Part shown: one piece after another, positions 25,026 to 36,984 of the stretch
How the letters are laid out: the number at the start of each line of letters is the position of its first letter
Numbering within the stretch: position 1 is the first letter of the stretch
Source of the DNA: Lama guanicoe
Lineage: Eukaryota
NCBI GenBank assembly: GCA_013239625.1
Contig: MU054323.1
Location: 8,173,220-8,237,219 of the forward strand
Direction of reading: 5' to 3'
DNA: 64,000 nt
The notes under the pieces: model-generated
Told to the model about the DNA's origin: nothing
Databases searched by the model: none
The model's input: only the letters and a program-made list of their open reading frames with translations
Program-made: the position numbers and the translations under genes

Positions 25026-25299
25026 GTACCAAGGCCATGTTCCTGGTGTGGCCTTCTCCTTCGGCTCCCCCTATGGCACCGCTACCCTCAAGTACTTCCA
25101 GGACCAGCGCAACGCAGCCTTGGAGAAGAACCACACTCCCTTCAGCAAGGGTGGCCACTTCCCGACCATGTTCTCCCCAAACCCCGACCTAGTGCAGAGT
25201 CACTGCTCCCACACCTGGAACCGCTGGCTGCACATGCCCAGCTACACCCGCTTCAACCTGGACAGTACCCGCTCAGCCGAGCTCACTCACTTCTACCAG
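25026..25299 (+). CDS. CIMIP2C: CIMIP2C exon 2
   Basis: Acceptor ctgctctcccag|. 274 nt: (G)YQGHVPGVAFSFGSPYGTATLKYFQDQRN...ELTHFYQ, completing the PGYQGHVP motif typical of FAM166/CIMIP2 proteins. Donor CAG|GTGGGC. Confidence 0.95.
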
Positions 25300-26276
25300 G
25301 TGGGCCGCCCAGGCGGGGCTTCTGCCAGCTTTCCCCCTCTTGGTGCCCCCCCACCCCCGCTCCCACAGCATGGGGAGGAAGTGATGGCTGGAGGCCAGGG
25401 GAGACCTCTCACCCTCCAGAGCGCCTCTATTTGCTTTTTCAGAGTCCCAAAGCCAGCAGGGAACCCGGTGAGTCTGGCTGGAGGAGTATGGAGGGGCCCA
25501 GCACTCTGCTTCCCTGCTCTCTCCCTACTCCAGGGACCCCCGTGGCTCTTTCCCTGCTCCCGCTGCTACCGGGAGAGCGAGAGCGAGGGGCCTTTGGGGA
25601 TGTTCCCGCCCTCACCTCTACCCAGTAGCCTCTCCCTCTGCGGACCCTGGCTTACCTCCCTCTGAGCAAAAGCCCCAAGGTTCACCCACAGGATGAACAG
25701 CATGCGCTGACGGCTGCTAAGCCCCACCCCGGCTCCAGCCCCCAGTCTCCTCTCAATCATACCTGCCCACCGGGATCCCAGTGCCCACCTGACACCGCCC
25801 TGCTCTACAGCGCCCTCTAGGGTGTGCCCTAGTCAGCCCCAGCCCCGGAGTGGACCCCACCTGCCCTCTGGGAAAGAGAGGCAGATGGGGGGTGGAGAGG
25901 GGCTGCCCACAACCCCGTTGTTCCTATTCTGCTCCTCCGGCTCATAAAGCCTTCCCTGGATCTGGTCAGACACGTCCCGGCGGAGCACAGGCACACAGGC
26001 GCTCCCCCACCTCAGGGGAGGCTGAGCTGCTCCTCAGCTCACTTTCCCCCTCAGCTCCCTTGCAAACATCCCTCCAGGCCTGATTTCAAGGACACAGATG
26101 CCTCCTGGTCCCCGGGTGGAGAACTGTACGAGAAGGCAGCCTCCCCTGGGAGAGGACCAGGTGGATGCCGTCAGACTCTGAGGAGCTGTGGGACAGTGTT
26201 GTGGGCCTGGGAAGGCCTGCACCTCCATCTTGGCTCACAGAGCACAGCCTGCCTAGGAGAGAGGGGCAGGGAGACA

Positions 26277-26298
26277 ACACACACACACACACACACAC
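26277..26298. repeat. (AC)11 microsatellite
   Basis: Read directly from the sequence. Confidence 0.9.
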
Positions 26299-26589
26299 CC
26301 CAAGCTTCCCTGTGCCACTTACTAAGCTGGGCTTCACATCCCTTACCTCTGCTGGTCCCCTGCCTCATTTACTCACCCTAGCAATGCTGGCCTGGTGTAT
26401 GTCATTATCCCCAGTAGCCAGACAAGGAGCTGAGGCTCAGAGAGGACACCTGGCTGAGGACTCTTCCAGGAACATTAAGGGAGACGATGCCCCACCACCT
26501 GCCCAGGTACAGCCAGGCAGGGGCTGCGGATGCCTGAGATCGCGCCTGCGCACTAACAACCTGTCGTCTCTTCCCTGGTTGAGCTGCAG

Positions 26590-26702
26590 ATGGCCCAGCG
26601 GCATCGGGAGTACTATCAAGACAAGACGGGCATGGTGCCCCGGGTCCCCTACTTCGTGCTGCCTGTGAGGGAGTGGGAGCGGTACCCCATCCCCACCGAC
26701 CT
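26590..26702 (+). CDS. CIMIP2C: CIMIP2C exon 3
   Basis: Acceptor gctgcag|. 113 nt: MAQRHREYYQDKTGMVPRVPYFVLPVREWERYPIPTD(L). Donor CT|GTGAGT. Confidence 0.95.
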
Positions 26703-27931
26703 GTGAGTGCCTGCCCTCCCTTCATCCATGCATTCAACAACACACACCCACAGGGAACCTGCTCTTAGCCAGAAATGAGTTAAGACTCAGTCCCAAAGAG
26801 CCTACAGTGCAGAGGGTGAGTTACAGAGCAAGGGAGTCACGGTTTTGGCAGCCTTAGGAGGGATGCCAGGAACCAGAACAAGCAGAATCAGGAAGACCGT
26901 ATTCCTGGTCAGATGCACTAAGGAGTTTGGGTGCAAACCCCGCAATCTCTGCTGGCCTGAAAATGCAAGCTTCTCCCCCTGCAAGGAGCTGCTGCTCTCT
27001 GGCGGACACAAATGGGTACTACACAAAGCAGGGACTGTCTCCAGCCCTGTCCAGATTCAAAAAATGTTCTCCTAGGGACTTGTACATATTTTTCAAATTC
27101 CAACTGTCTAGCTAATAAATATGAAAGTTCCTCACTTTTCCCACTCTTTGCTGTTTTTTATCTGGGAAAGCTTCCTCTCCCAGGGAAGGCCAGCTCTGCC
27201 CTGCGAGATAATCCAGGCATGTGGTTTCCTCGCTCTCTCCTGCCGCCCAGGCAGGGAAATCAGAAGTCTGTGCTGTGAGGTGTGCTGTGGAGCAGGGGGC
27301 ATCAGGAGTCGGTGGACAGATCTTCGATTCTCAACTCCATGCAGATCCCTTGTTTGCCTCAAGAGCCTGAGCCTTGCCATCACTGTTACTGATAAAGCAG
27401 CAACCTTTTTCATAGAGTTTACAGGTTTTTTTAAAGAAACAAATTTAGCTGCCTCTATAGGTTCCTCTCTGCAGGACAGATGGGACCACTTTATAAATAG
27501 GGAAACTGAGGCTTAGCGATGGCTTCGGAAACTTGTGCTCAGGGCAAGTCTGATTGGAGGTAAAAGCTGGAGGGAACCCAGATCTCCCAATGCCAACTCT
27601 AGGGCCCTGGGTTGGTCATTTCCACCCCTTGGGGTGGCTCTGAGCCAGTCCATCCCTGGAGACAGGGCAGGGCCTCACCTGGGGACAAATCTCCTCTTGA
27701 GACTGCTCTAGGCAGGATCTACATCTCTTGCAGATGTGGGGAGCGCAGGATGCCCCCAGCTCTGTTCCTTCTCCAAACTGCCTGGCAGCCTCTGCTGCTG
27801 CTGCTGGCTTCACATGTAACACAGAGGACCAACCAGGTGGTTGAGAGGAAGAGGGTCAGTGCCTGTGATCAACCTTTCCTCTTATCACCTCTGTGGCCTG
27901 AGGAAAGTCCTTGCCCTTCCCTGAGTTTCAC

Positions 27932-28087
27932 TGCCATCGTTGCCATCATCACCACCATCATCATACCCACCACCATCATCACCATCTTTACCACCACCAT
28001 CATTAACACTGTCATCACCATCAGCATCATCACCGCCACCACCATCAGCATCAGCATCAGCATCACCACCATCACCATCAGCAGCAT
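27932..28087. repeat. Imperfect (CAT/CAC/CAG)n trinucleotide tract in CIMIP2C intron 3
   Basis: About 155 nt of mixed CAT/CAC/CAG triplets abutting a reverse MIR. Confidence 0.9.
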
Positions 28088-28435
28088 ATTTCTTATAATG
28101 TTTACTGAGTGTTTGCACCTTATTCAGTGCTTTGTATGTATTACTTCACTTACTCCTCAAAACAATGCGAGGAGAGAGGTACCAACATTAGTCCATATTA
28201 CATGTGTACACTTCTAGCAGGAACTGGGCCAGAATCCAGCCCAGCTTCCTGACACCCATGTCCTTGCTCTTAACCACTGTCCCATTGTGCAAACACAAGT
28301 GATTCTCATCTTGAGCGCAGGGTGACTTACCAGCTGTTAAGCCAATGGGTAGCCCGCAGGGTCATCAGCAGCAGGGGCTGGGAAATGGGCCTTTTCCACC
28401 CTCACTGCATAACACTGGCCCATCCTCACCTGCAG

Positions 28436-28580
28436 GCCTCCTCTGAGCCCGAAGAAGAAGTGGTACCTTTTAAGAGCATCCCCCGAGAACCTGAAGACCT
28501 ACCAGACATTCCCATCGGGGAAGAGGGTCTCCCCACAGGAGCGGCAGAGGAGGGACCGTTACTTTGAGTTCAGAGCGTGA
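28436..28580 (+). CDS. CIMIP2C: CIMIP2C exon 4 (terminal)
   Basis: Acceptor cctcacctgcag|. 145 nt: (L)PPLSPKKKWYLLRASPENLKTYQTFPSGKRVSPQERQRRDRYFEFRA*. Total CDS 74+274+113+145=606 nt, 201 aa. Confidence 0.95.
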
Positions 28581-28619
28581 CGCCTGACAGCCATGGCCCT
28601 GACCAGGTTGGCTTTTTGG

Positions 28620-28625
28620 AATAAA
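28620..28625 (+). terminator. CIMIP2C: Polyadenylation signal of CIMIP2C
   Basis: AATAAA 40 nt after the TGA stop. Confidence 0.75.
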
Positions 28626-28994
28626 ATCTTTAGCCATGATCACCCCAGGCTCCTCTCCTCTGAGCCCCAGGAACATTTGGACACAGCAGGACAGCACCTG
28701 AGAGTCACACGGTGCTGTGTCTGAAGGGCCTGTGCAATGATCAGCCCCAGGGGTTCAAGCCAAGAAAAAGCCATGTCCAGGACTCTGCTGGGCCCACCCA
28801 CCTCTCCCCTGAGGACTGTGGGGCTCCCAAGTCTTGGTGGCAGGTCACTCAGGCACAGAGATACCTCCCGTCTGCTTCCTCTGGTATAATCAAGGAGGCC
28901 CCGTTATCCCATGTCTGAGAGTGAGGATGCAGCGGCCCCAGAATGCTTGCACTGGTGTCAGATGCAAAGGAATTCCGGCCTGAGCCCTGGCTCA

Positions 28995-29170
28995 GCATCG
29001 TTTTGTTCACACAATAACCTGGGAGGGAGGTGGTGTTACTTTCACTTTACTGATAAAGACACCGGGGCTCAGAGGGGAGACAGTCGTCCAAGTTCAGGCA
29101 GCTTAGACGTGGCCCAGCCAGGATTTGAACCCAGGCCTTTCTGGCTCCCAAGCTCTGGTTTTCCCACTAT
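28995..29170 (-). mobile_element. MIR SINE between the CIMIP2C and CIB4 3' ends
   Basis: CACAATAACCTGGGAGG...CACTTTACTGATAAAGACACCGGGGCTCAGAG...GGATTTGAACCCAGG. Confidence 0.7.
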
Positions 29171-30347
29171 ACACCCTGCGTGTAGTCCTCTTGGGGACTG
29201 AGGGGCAGAGATGATGCAGATCCCAGAGGACCCTGTGGTGCCTGACAGAAGAAACCACGTTCTATATTCTGCCCAGCCTGGCAGGGACAGGCTGATTTGG
29301 CATCGACCCCTGGGACTGTTTCTAGAAGGGAACAGGAGGGAGCTGACCCAGGATCAAGCCGCTCTTTCAGGCATCTCTGTGTTTCAGGAAACTGTAGGCC
29401 AGAGTGGACACTGGGGACAGGTTCCTAGGTCACATCCTGAGGTGGCCTAGAAGGTTCTGGGTCTGGAGTGTCTGCTGTCACCTGCTTCCTGCCTCCTGGG
29501 AGGCCTTCTGCCTGCGGGACAGGGCACAGGATGTGGGGAACAGCCCCTCAGAAGACAGGATCTGGGATGGGAACCTCAGGCCAGGTATGGGCCCATGCCA
29601 CAGGAGCTCTCCAACTTCCATCACCTGCTGGATTTGATTAAGGGACTCCATCAGGCAACAGGGCTCTTATTTCCCCTAAATAAGTGAGTCAGGACCTAAA
29701 GGCAAGGCAACCCACAACAGGTTGAAGTTGAACCCACAACAGGTTCAAGTACATGTGAGGGTGAAACAGCCCTTCTCCTGTGTCCTCCTCTGAGGACAGT
29801 GAAAACAAGAAAAACCACGGGCTGTCAGGTAGGCATCTGACAGCTTTCAGAGACCCCCCTAAGGGGCTTCTCCTGTGTCCCAGGGTCCCTGACCACCTAG
29901 GTCCCAAAGAGTCCCCGGGATGGCCAAATTCCTTCCAGGGTTTGGCGGAATAGCAAAGTAAATAAGCCCTGATCGCTGGCCATAGACTGTTGCATCCTGA
30001 GGGCACGGGGGTGCCGAGTGGAGCAAAAATGTCTTGGGAAACCAGGTACCGATTGGAAAGACCGCTCCATGCATGGGAGATGTGAGAAGAGAGGCTCGGG
30101 GGAGGCCCCAGGGAAGGGAGGGAAGGACTTATCTTTTCCTGGTCAACTGCACCCCATTCGGCCTGGTCCCTGCTGGGACATGGGTTGGCATTTGAACCTG
30201 TCCTTGAAATGACTCGCCATCCTAGTCTTGGTGTCATTGGCAAACTTAAACCCTGGAATGAGCAGTTCTTAATAAAAAGTACTTCTGTGTGGTCCTGCAT
30301 TCAAAAAATGATGAACTGATGGAGCAAGGGAAAGTCTCTTCTTTTGC

Positions 30348-30353
30348 TTTATT
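30348..30353 (-). terminator. CIB4: Polyadenylation signal of CIB4
   Basis: TTTATT on plus (AATAAA on minus), about 145 nt after the CIB4 stop. Confidence 0.75.
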
Positions 30354-30496
30354 GAAAGAACAGTATTCTAGAAGTGAGAAAGGGATGGGGACAAAGTCAT
30401 TCTTCTAATTAGAGTTCCCCTGGTGCCCGCAGGGGTTCAGATTCCGAGTTCCAGGGGTCCACCTCGAGGCTGTCAGATCAGGCATTTGTGGCCACA

Positions 30497-30527
30497 TCAG
30501 TATCCCCAGAAGTGAATCCGAAAGGAG
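30497..30527 (-). CDS. CIB4: Calcium and integrin binding family member 4, terminal coding exon
   Basis: Acceptor ttctttctttcag|. 31 nt: (N)SFRIHFWGY*. Confidence 0.93.
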
Positions 30528-31938
30528 CTGAAAGAAAGAATTCCATGAGCCACCTGGAGCCCACAGTCGTAACACAGCCTCTCATTTCTGGGTGCACACC
30601 TCTCTCGTCTCTTTCTTGAGTAATGTCCTGTTTGAAGCTCTCCCAAGCCAACCCAAAGCCTTCTTGAAGCTCCTTTGAGCAGCTCTTGAATGCAAAGGCT
30701 GTCAGAACCTTGTGGTGCTGGAATCAGCGGAAAGCAAAGGGAGAGGTTGAAAGAAGAAACTCAAGACAGACTGGATTTCGGCTTCAGTCGTGTGTTGGGC
30801 TGTTATGGAGGAAGAGGAATGAACTCGGTTGGGGTGGTCCAAATGTGGACCCCTTTATAGAAAGTCTGCCCAGGCCACAGCCATCTCAGAATGGAGGGCC
30901 CTCTCCTCCAGCCAGGTGGGCTGGACACCTGCCTGGAGCTGGCCACTCAGATTCTCTCTCTGGGAATTTGGAGTGAGAGCTGAGGGACATTCCCTGAGGG
31001 TCATTCGGAGCCAAAGAGGTTTAAACTTGACCGCTGTGGGGAGGCCACTTGGCCTCAAGTCTAACAAAGCAGAGTTTGCCAGTTTCACATACAGCGACGT
31101 CCGGAGTTGCTGAGGACAGAGGGAGAGACTCTGGGCTCTGGACCAGGTGCTCTCCGAGCTCGGGCTATTTTCGTTCGTTGTTGATTGGTTTGTTAAACCA
31201 TCTTGAGGGAGCATTCTTCCTTGTTACAATGTCACCTAGACTGAAGACTAAGCGCAGAATAGGGCCCAGGTGAAGCAGGCACATGCAAACAAGGGCAGCT
31301 CAGCACAAGAGGGGCCTCTAACTGGGCTGTTCCTCACGAAAAGGCTGTCTCCAGTGGTGGTTCATTTCCCACAACTGGAAGGAGCCAAATAAGACTGTCA
31401 AACACAGCCTGAGAAACACAGGAATGGCCAATCGCCTCAAAGGTGTTAGGGCCAGATAGGACCGTGCAGGCCCCTTTCCAGCTGAAACAAGGATTGGAAA
31501 TGCTTAGAATTCTCTAAGTTCCATCACCAGCATCTTCACACTCTCATGCAAATCCCCAACTCCTCATGACATGTGGAGGTTGTGGGCGGAAGGGGAGCTG
31601 GACGAACAGTGGCAAAGGCAACTCCCCAGGTCAGTCCTGGAGCCCAGGGGGCTTTGTGCCGCCAGAGAGGGACAGCACCCGAAGTTTGGACTGCCCACAT
31701 CGTTTGCAAAGCCTGGAATCCAATTTCCCCCGTGCCTTTTGAAACCCCACTCCCTGTCTCTTTCCAGGTTAATTTCTCAGAAGCTCCAGTTTTGCTGATT
31801 CTGGAAGAATCTGCAAAGTGCCCTGGAAACTCATGACCCTCCTTTGGAAAACCGAGGTGCTCCACCGGCCAAGAGAGACCAGGGGCCCTTCCTGTCCCCC
31901 ACTGTGCTGGGCATCCCCTTCACTCCAGAACACCTTAC

Positions 31939-32027
31939 TTCATGAAGTCTGGAGATTTGGCCATTGCGTGTTCAAACTCTGAGAAAGACAACATGTTGTC
32001 ATTGTCCAGATCCGACTCACTCAGGAC
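31939..32027 (-). CDS. CIB4: CIB4 penultimate exon (C-terminal EF-hand)
   Basis: Acceptor cctgtccag|. 89 nt: [29 protein letters not shown](N), with EF loop [12 protein letters not shown]. Donor AA|GTAAGG. Confidence 0.96.
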
Positions 32028-32855
32028 CTGGACAGGGGTGCAGAAGGAGTGGAGAGCAGAGAATCAGAGGGAGGTGCGGGCACTGGAGTCAGGGCAGGCA
32101 CCACATGCTGAGCCCAACCACTAAGCCCAGCTCTCTGCCAGCTGCTTAGCACACCTCCCTGAGTCCCTTGTGAGGCAGGTGCTCCGCCCCAGACAGGGAC
32201 ATGGAGGCGCAGAGAGACGAGGTTATAGGCACCGAGGTCTGGGGCCTTGTGGGCCAACCTCATGGTGGAAAGAGTCTCTTGGTGCCTCCAGCACAAACCT
32301 GATAGTGAGAAGAGTGCGGGGTGATGAACAAGGTGACACCCCCACCCACTCCTGTCACTCTGCCACCAGGGGCTCTACTGCAAGGGGCACAGGCAGGGGC
32401 AGGGGCAGCGATGACCCTTCACGGTTTTATCTTTGCTCCCAGTTCCCACCCAAACCAAAAGGTTCTCATGGTCTTAAGACAAATGGATCCATGGCTGTCT
32501 TCATGTCCTGTCACACTTTGGATGGTCCCTCAGGACGTCTGGGCGTCGTGTTGTGCTGGGATAATGTGGGGAAGGGGACGTTGGGATGTGCCCCTCTGAG
32601 GCTGAGCTGCTGTTGGCCCATCTGCCTGCACTGCCTGCAGTGTTGGTGGGAAGGCCTCTTGGAATGGGGGGCTTGGGCTATGGCTTTGGGGACCCTGGAA
32701 GGGAGTCATGATCCTGGAGGAAAGACAGAAAGTTGGAGGTAGTTGCCTCCAGTGTGCGCCCATGCCTCAGGACACATCACCCTGCCTGCCATCCGGGGGC
32801 TTCGGGGGATGGCGAGGCCCACCCCAACCTCCGCCCGGTAGCCCTGGACACACAC

Positions 32856-32965
32856 GTGGCTGATGAGGTCGGTCAGCAGGTCCTCTGACACGTCGTCACT
32901 GTTGAGCAGTCGGAGGACGATCCTCTGCAGGTCCTCCTCATCGATGAAGCCGTTCTCATTAAAAT
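32856..32965 (-). CDS. CIB4: CIB4 internal exon (EF-hand)
   Basis: Acceptor ctcctctttgcag|. 110 nt: (D)[36 protein letters not shown], with EF loop [12 protein letters not shown]. Donor CAC|GTGTGT. Confidence 0.96.
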
Positions 32966-33189
32966 CTGCAAAGAGGAGGCAGGGCCTGAGAGGAGGATTC
33001 CGAGAGTCCTGGGGGGCCATGGCACCCACAGACTCCAATTAGCCCCTGGGAGGCCCTGCTGAGCCCAACTGTCCCCAGTCGGCCTAGAACCTGGGACTCA
33101 GGGGGGCCTGGGCAGGCCGAGGGGGTGGGGCGCTGCAGAGGCAGGGCAGGCTGCAGGCTGCAGGCTGCAGGCAGGCGGTGCTTCACAGT

Positions 33190-33420
33190 AAGAACAGTAA
33201 CACTGAGCATTGATTGGGTGTGTGCTGCCTGCTCACTTGGCCTGAGAGCCTCACCTGTGCGAAGGCACTGAATCTTCACAGCCTTCTGTTAGTCTCACTT
33301 TATGAAAGGGAAACTGAGGCACAGAGGTGTGATGTGGTTTGCCCACACGGCCAGGAAGTGGAAGGACAGGGGTTCAGACCTGGCTAGTCTGGACCCCAAG
33401 TGCCACATCAACCACCATGC
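33190..33420 (-). mobile_element. MIR SINE
   Basis: CTCACTTTATGAAAGGGAAACTGAGGCACAGAG core. Confidence 0.7.
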
Positions 33421-34169
33421 TGTGGAAATCCCAACCTCGGAACTCCCAGGCCAGTACGTTTTTGGTGGCTCCGAGCTGGGCAGCGAGGAGGGGCGGGAAG
33501 CAGTCTGGATTTGGAGCCAGAGCACCTGGGCACAAGTCCCTGCTCCTGCCACCTGCATCAGCACAGAGATGTGCCAGGCTGGGGAGACAGTCAGGCACCC
33601 GAACAGCTTGGCTCCAGGAAGGGAGGAATGGGCATCCAAGGACCCCGAGGGCTTCCAAATGGGCACGTTGTCTGGCTGGAGTTGGGGGTGTGAATGAGGA
33701 AGACTTCTTGGAAGAAGAGGCATCATAGGAGGACTAAGCAGCTTGGAACTGCCAAGATGCGGGTTGGAGGAGTTGCCAGGGTCACTGGGGACAGTGGTAG
33801 GGAAGGAACAATGCTGGGTGATGAATCAGGTTAGAGGGAAGTGGGGGCTTCGGAGAAGGTCAGAGGTTAAGTCTGGGAGGTGTGCTGAGCTGGAAGGACC
33901 TTGAAGGCCAGGATGAGACTGTTACACCGACATTCTTGGCAGCCCTCTCCTAGGACACCCAACACAGTCCCTGAACCACTCATCAGCTATATAGCAAATG
34001 CAGTAAATTTAGGAAGGTACAATAATTTCTGCTGTGACAAACACAGATGTGCCAGGCTATGGTCTAAGGGCTTTATATTTCACTGTGTTCAATTCTCATA
34101 ACACAGATGCGGCAACTGAGACACACAGAGATTAATAACCATGTTTATCTCCTTAATTTCATTTTCTCC

Positions 34170-35105
34170 TGCCTTTAAATATCATCTATATGCTGATTAA
34201 TCTCAAAGTTGTGTCTGCAGCCTGGGCTTCTCCCTGAATCCCAGGCACATATATCCACCTTCCTGTCCTCTCCACTTGGAGGTCTAATAAGTCTCAAACT
34301 CAACCTGTCCAAACCCAAACTTCCCACATGACCCACGCCGCCCTGCCCCCAAGTCTGCTGCACTCAGGGCCCTTCTTGGCAAATGGGTGGCTTCACCCTT
34401 CCAGCTGGCTGACCAATCAGCTTGGAGTCATCCTTGACTGTGTCCTTCCCTCATTCTCCATAACCAACAAATCCTCCCAACTCTACCTTCAAGAGGCAGT
34501 AAACCCAGCCTGATGACTTCTCCTCACTGCGCTGGCTCCACCCTGGTCCAGCCACCATCATGTCTCTCTAGGATCCCAGTAGCAGCCTCCTAACCAGTTT
34601 CCCTGCTCTATCTGCCCCCTTCGGTGTCTTCTCCACTCAGCAGCCAGAGTGGTCAGCCTCCCATCTGAGCCAAAGGACAGCCCAGGTCCCAACAGGGGTC
34701 CCCCCGTCTGCCCTGCTTTCAGTCTGCCTCTTTGACATTCTTCATCAGGCCAGGCACGCTCCTGCCTCAGGGCCTTTGCATTGTGTTTCTCCCTCCCTGG
34801 AACACACTCGCCCCAGAGATCCTTTGGGTCTTTATTCAAATGCCAGCTTCTCCCCAGGGCACTGCTCAGAACCTGTCTGAAATTACACTTCCATCCCTTT
34901 CCCAGCTTTATTTTTCTCTCAACACCGAATACCACCTAACACACTATATGTTTCACTTATTAGCTAGTTTATTTCTCTCCACTAGAGTGTAAGTTCCATG
35001 AGGGCAGGGAGTTTTGTCATTTGGTCAGTCCTGTATCCCCAGCTTTAGAACAGTGTAGGGCACAGTAGGTGCTCAACGAGTATTTGTTGAGCGAGTGAAG
35101 GAATA
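34170..35105 (+). mobile_element. L2 (L2a-like) 3' fragment
   Basis: TTTAAATATCATCTATATGCTGA...AAGTTCCATGAGGGCAGGGA...CAGTAGGTGCTCAACGAGTATTTGTTGA, the canonical L2 3' end. Confidence 0.85.
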
Positions 35106-35569
35106 AACCACCTGAGGCCACACACTGGGAAGTGATGGAGACAAGAGCAGACCCAGGCAGTCTACCTCTGTGGTCAGTCTATGCTCTTGATCACTCGTAA
35201 CTCTTATTATAATAAAATGCCCAATTTTTACCTGACATCTGATCACCTAAAATGAGTGCTGCCTTTCCCAGCCTCCCTTGCTGCTAGATGTGACTAAGTT
35301 CCACTTGATGAGATGCAAGCAGAAGAGGGGCAGGCATCTTTAGAGGAAAGGTGCCGCCCTTTGAGACAATGAGGGGACCCTGGGAGTGGAGGATGAAGTG
35401 ACCTAATAGAAGCCTGGGTCCCTAGTGTTGCAGAACTGCCATGGACAACTGCTTCTGGAATTCTATACGTTAGAGAAAAAACATGTAGCTTCCAGTGATC
35501 TTGGACGCTATTTTGGGTAAGCCACTTGGGGTCCCCTGTAATTTGCCACCAAATTTAATCTTCATACAT

Positions 35570-35700
35570 GAGCTGAGCCTCGGTTTCCTCATCTGTAAAA
35601 TGGGTAACAACAATACCTCCAGAGGGTTGCTGTGAGGATTAAATAAGAAAACACATGCAAGTCACCATGTGCGTGGGGTTTGGAATGTAGAGGATGCTGA
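35570..35700 (+). mobile_element. MIR SINE
   Basis: CTGAGCCTCGGTTTCCTCATCTGTAAAATGGG...GTTGCTGTGAGGATTAAAT. Confidence 0.8.
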
Positions 35701-36984
35701 TTAGTTAGAAGCGCAATTCTATATCGCTTGATGAATTGTTAAATACAAAAAAATGCAAACCTCAGAAACTGTGTAATATTCCACACTGAAGAATGAGAGC
35801 TAGAGCTATATTGGGTGCAGAGTGGAGGAGGGAGTTTGCTGATGTCACAGGATCCTTCAGCGGTAGAGCCAAGACTTTTGCCTCTGCTCCCCGGGGCAGG
35901 ATACATATGGATGCGGCAGGTACAACTAAGCACCTCACTCCTGAAGCAGGTGGCCCTCCCCTGGCTGAATGTTCATTGGCCACAGGGACTGGAGGCTAAA
36001 GCCCAAAATGTTCATCCGGGCTCTCCGTGCCCAGCTCTGCTGTGCCACGCCACAGGTAACAGCTCAGTGCAGGTGGAGGGGGCAGACGGGCAACACTGGG
36101 GCTGGAGGGAGTGGGTCCCCACAGTGACATTGCTCTGTTGGCGAGAAGCTCTGCAGCCTCTCCCGGAGACCCCGCAGTGTCCCCAGGCGTCCTGCTGGCC
36201 CTGCTCCCACATGCAGAAACTGCAGCAAAGAGACATGGATTTGGTCCCAAGCCATCTGAAAACAGAATAAATTGCTGGAGTAAAATGTAGTCCTGGACAG
36301 TTCCCCTCCTTTGGGGGTGCAAGGGCAGAGTAGCTTGGGAAAAGAGCTGGGGGCTGGGAGCTCTGGGCTACTGGCCAGCCCATGTGGCCTCAATAGCCAC
36401 ATGACCTGCATCCTTGGGCCACTCTGTGGAGAGAGGGGGTCATCCTCTTGCTGTTTCCCACCAGCGAGGGAGATTAGAGAGCTAGTGGAATGAGGGCTCA
36501 GCCTTCGGGTCCCCCCAAAACCCTCTGACCATCATCATCTAACCTCTCCGTCATGTTACTCCTTGCAATTGATAAAGTACTTTCACAAAAACTAGCCCAT
36601 TTGATTAAGTGAGGTAGGGCAGGCTTTGACCACTGTTCCCACAAGAACCGTGGTTGCCTCCCTCACTTCTCCCAGCTGCTAGCATCCCTGTGTCAGATCC
36701 TGGACAAGTGTGGGAAGATCTGCCCATGGCACTCTGGCCCCTGCCCAAGGATAATTCACATCTAGTGGGAGGCTCGCTGACGGGGGCAGAAAGGCCACGC
36801 TGGGATGCTGGTCTCTGACAGGTAGAAAGTCTCTCCAGAGGTACTGAGAGAGGGGGATCAGTCAGTTGGAGGCCAGGAGGGTCCCTCAAAGCAGAAAATG
36901 GAGCCCAGGAGGTATGTTCTGTGTAGTGTGGCTGGCCTGCTGGACTTGACTGAGAACCAGTCACTCCTTCCCTCTTCCTGACAG

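Noticed and set aside
25021..25031. CAG|GTACC at the CIMIP2C exon 2 acceptor as a recursive or dual splice site
   Set aside because: Poor donor match beyond GTA, and the bases are explained by coding constraint (Gly-Tyr).
24900..25628. 242-aa ORF overlapping CIMIP2C exon 2 in another frame
   Set aside because: Non-ATG start, Pro-rich shadow frame of GC-rich DNA, no family resemblance.
27612..28217. 201-aa Ile/Thr-rich ORF and the Met/Val- or Asp/Gly-rich antisense ORFs
   Set aside because: These are artefacts of the CAT/CAC trinucleotide tract and adjacent MIR.
29689..30300. 203-aa ATG-initiated ORF just downstream of CIB4
   Set aside because: It starts beyond the CIB4 poly(A) signal and has no promoter features or recognisable domain.
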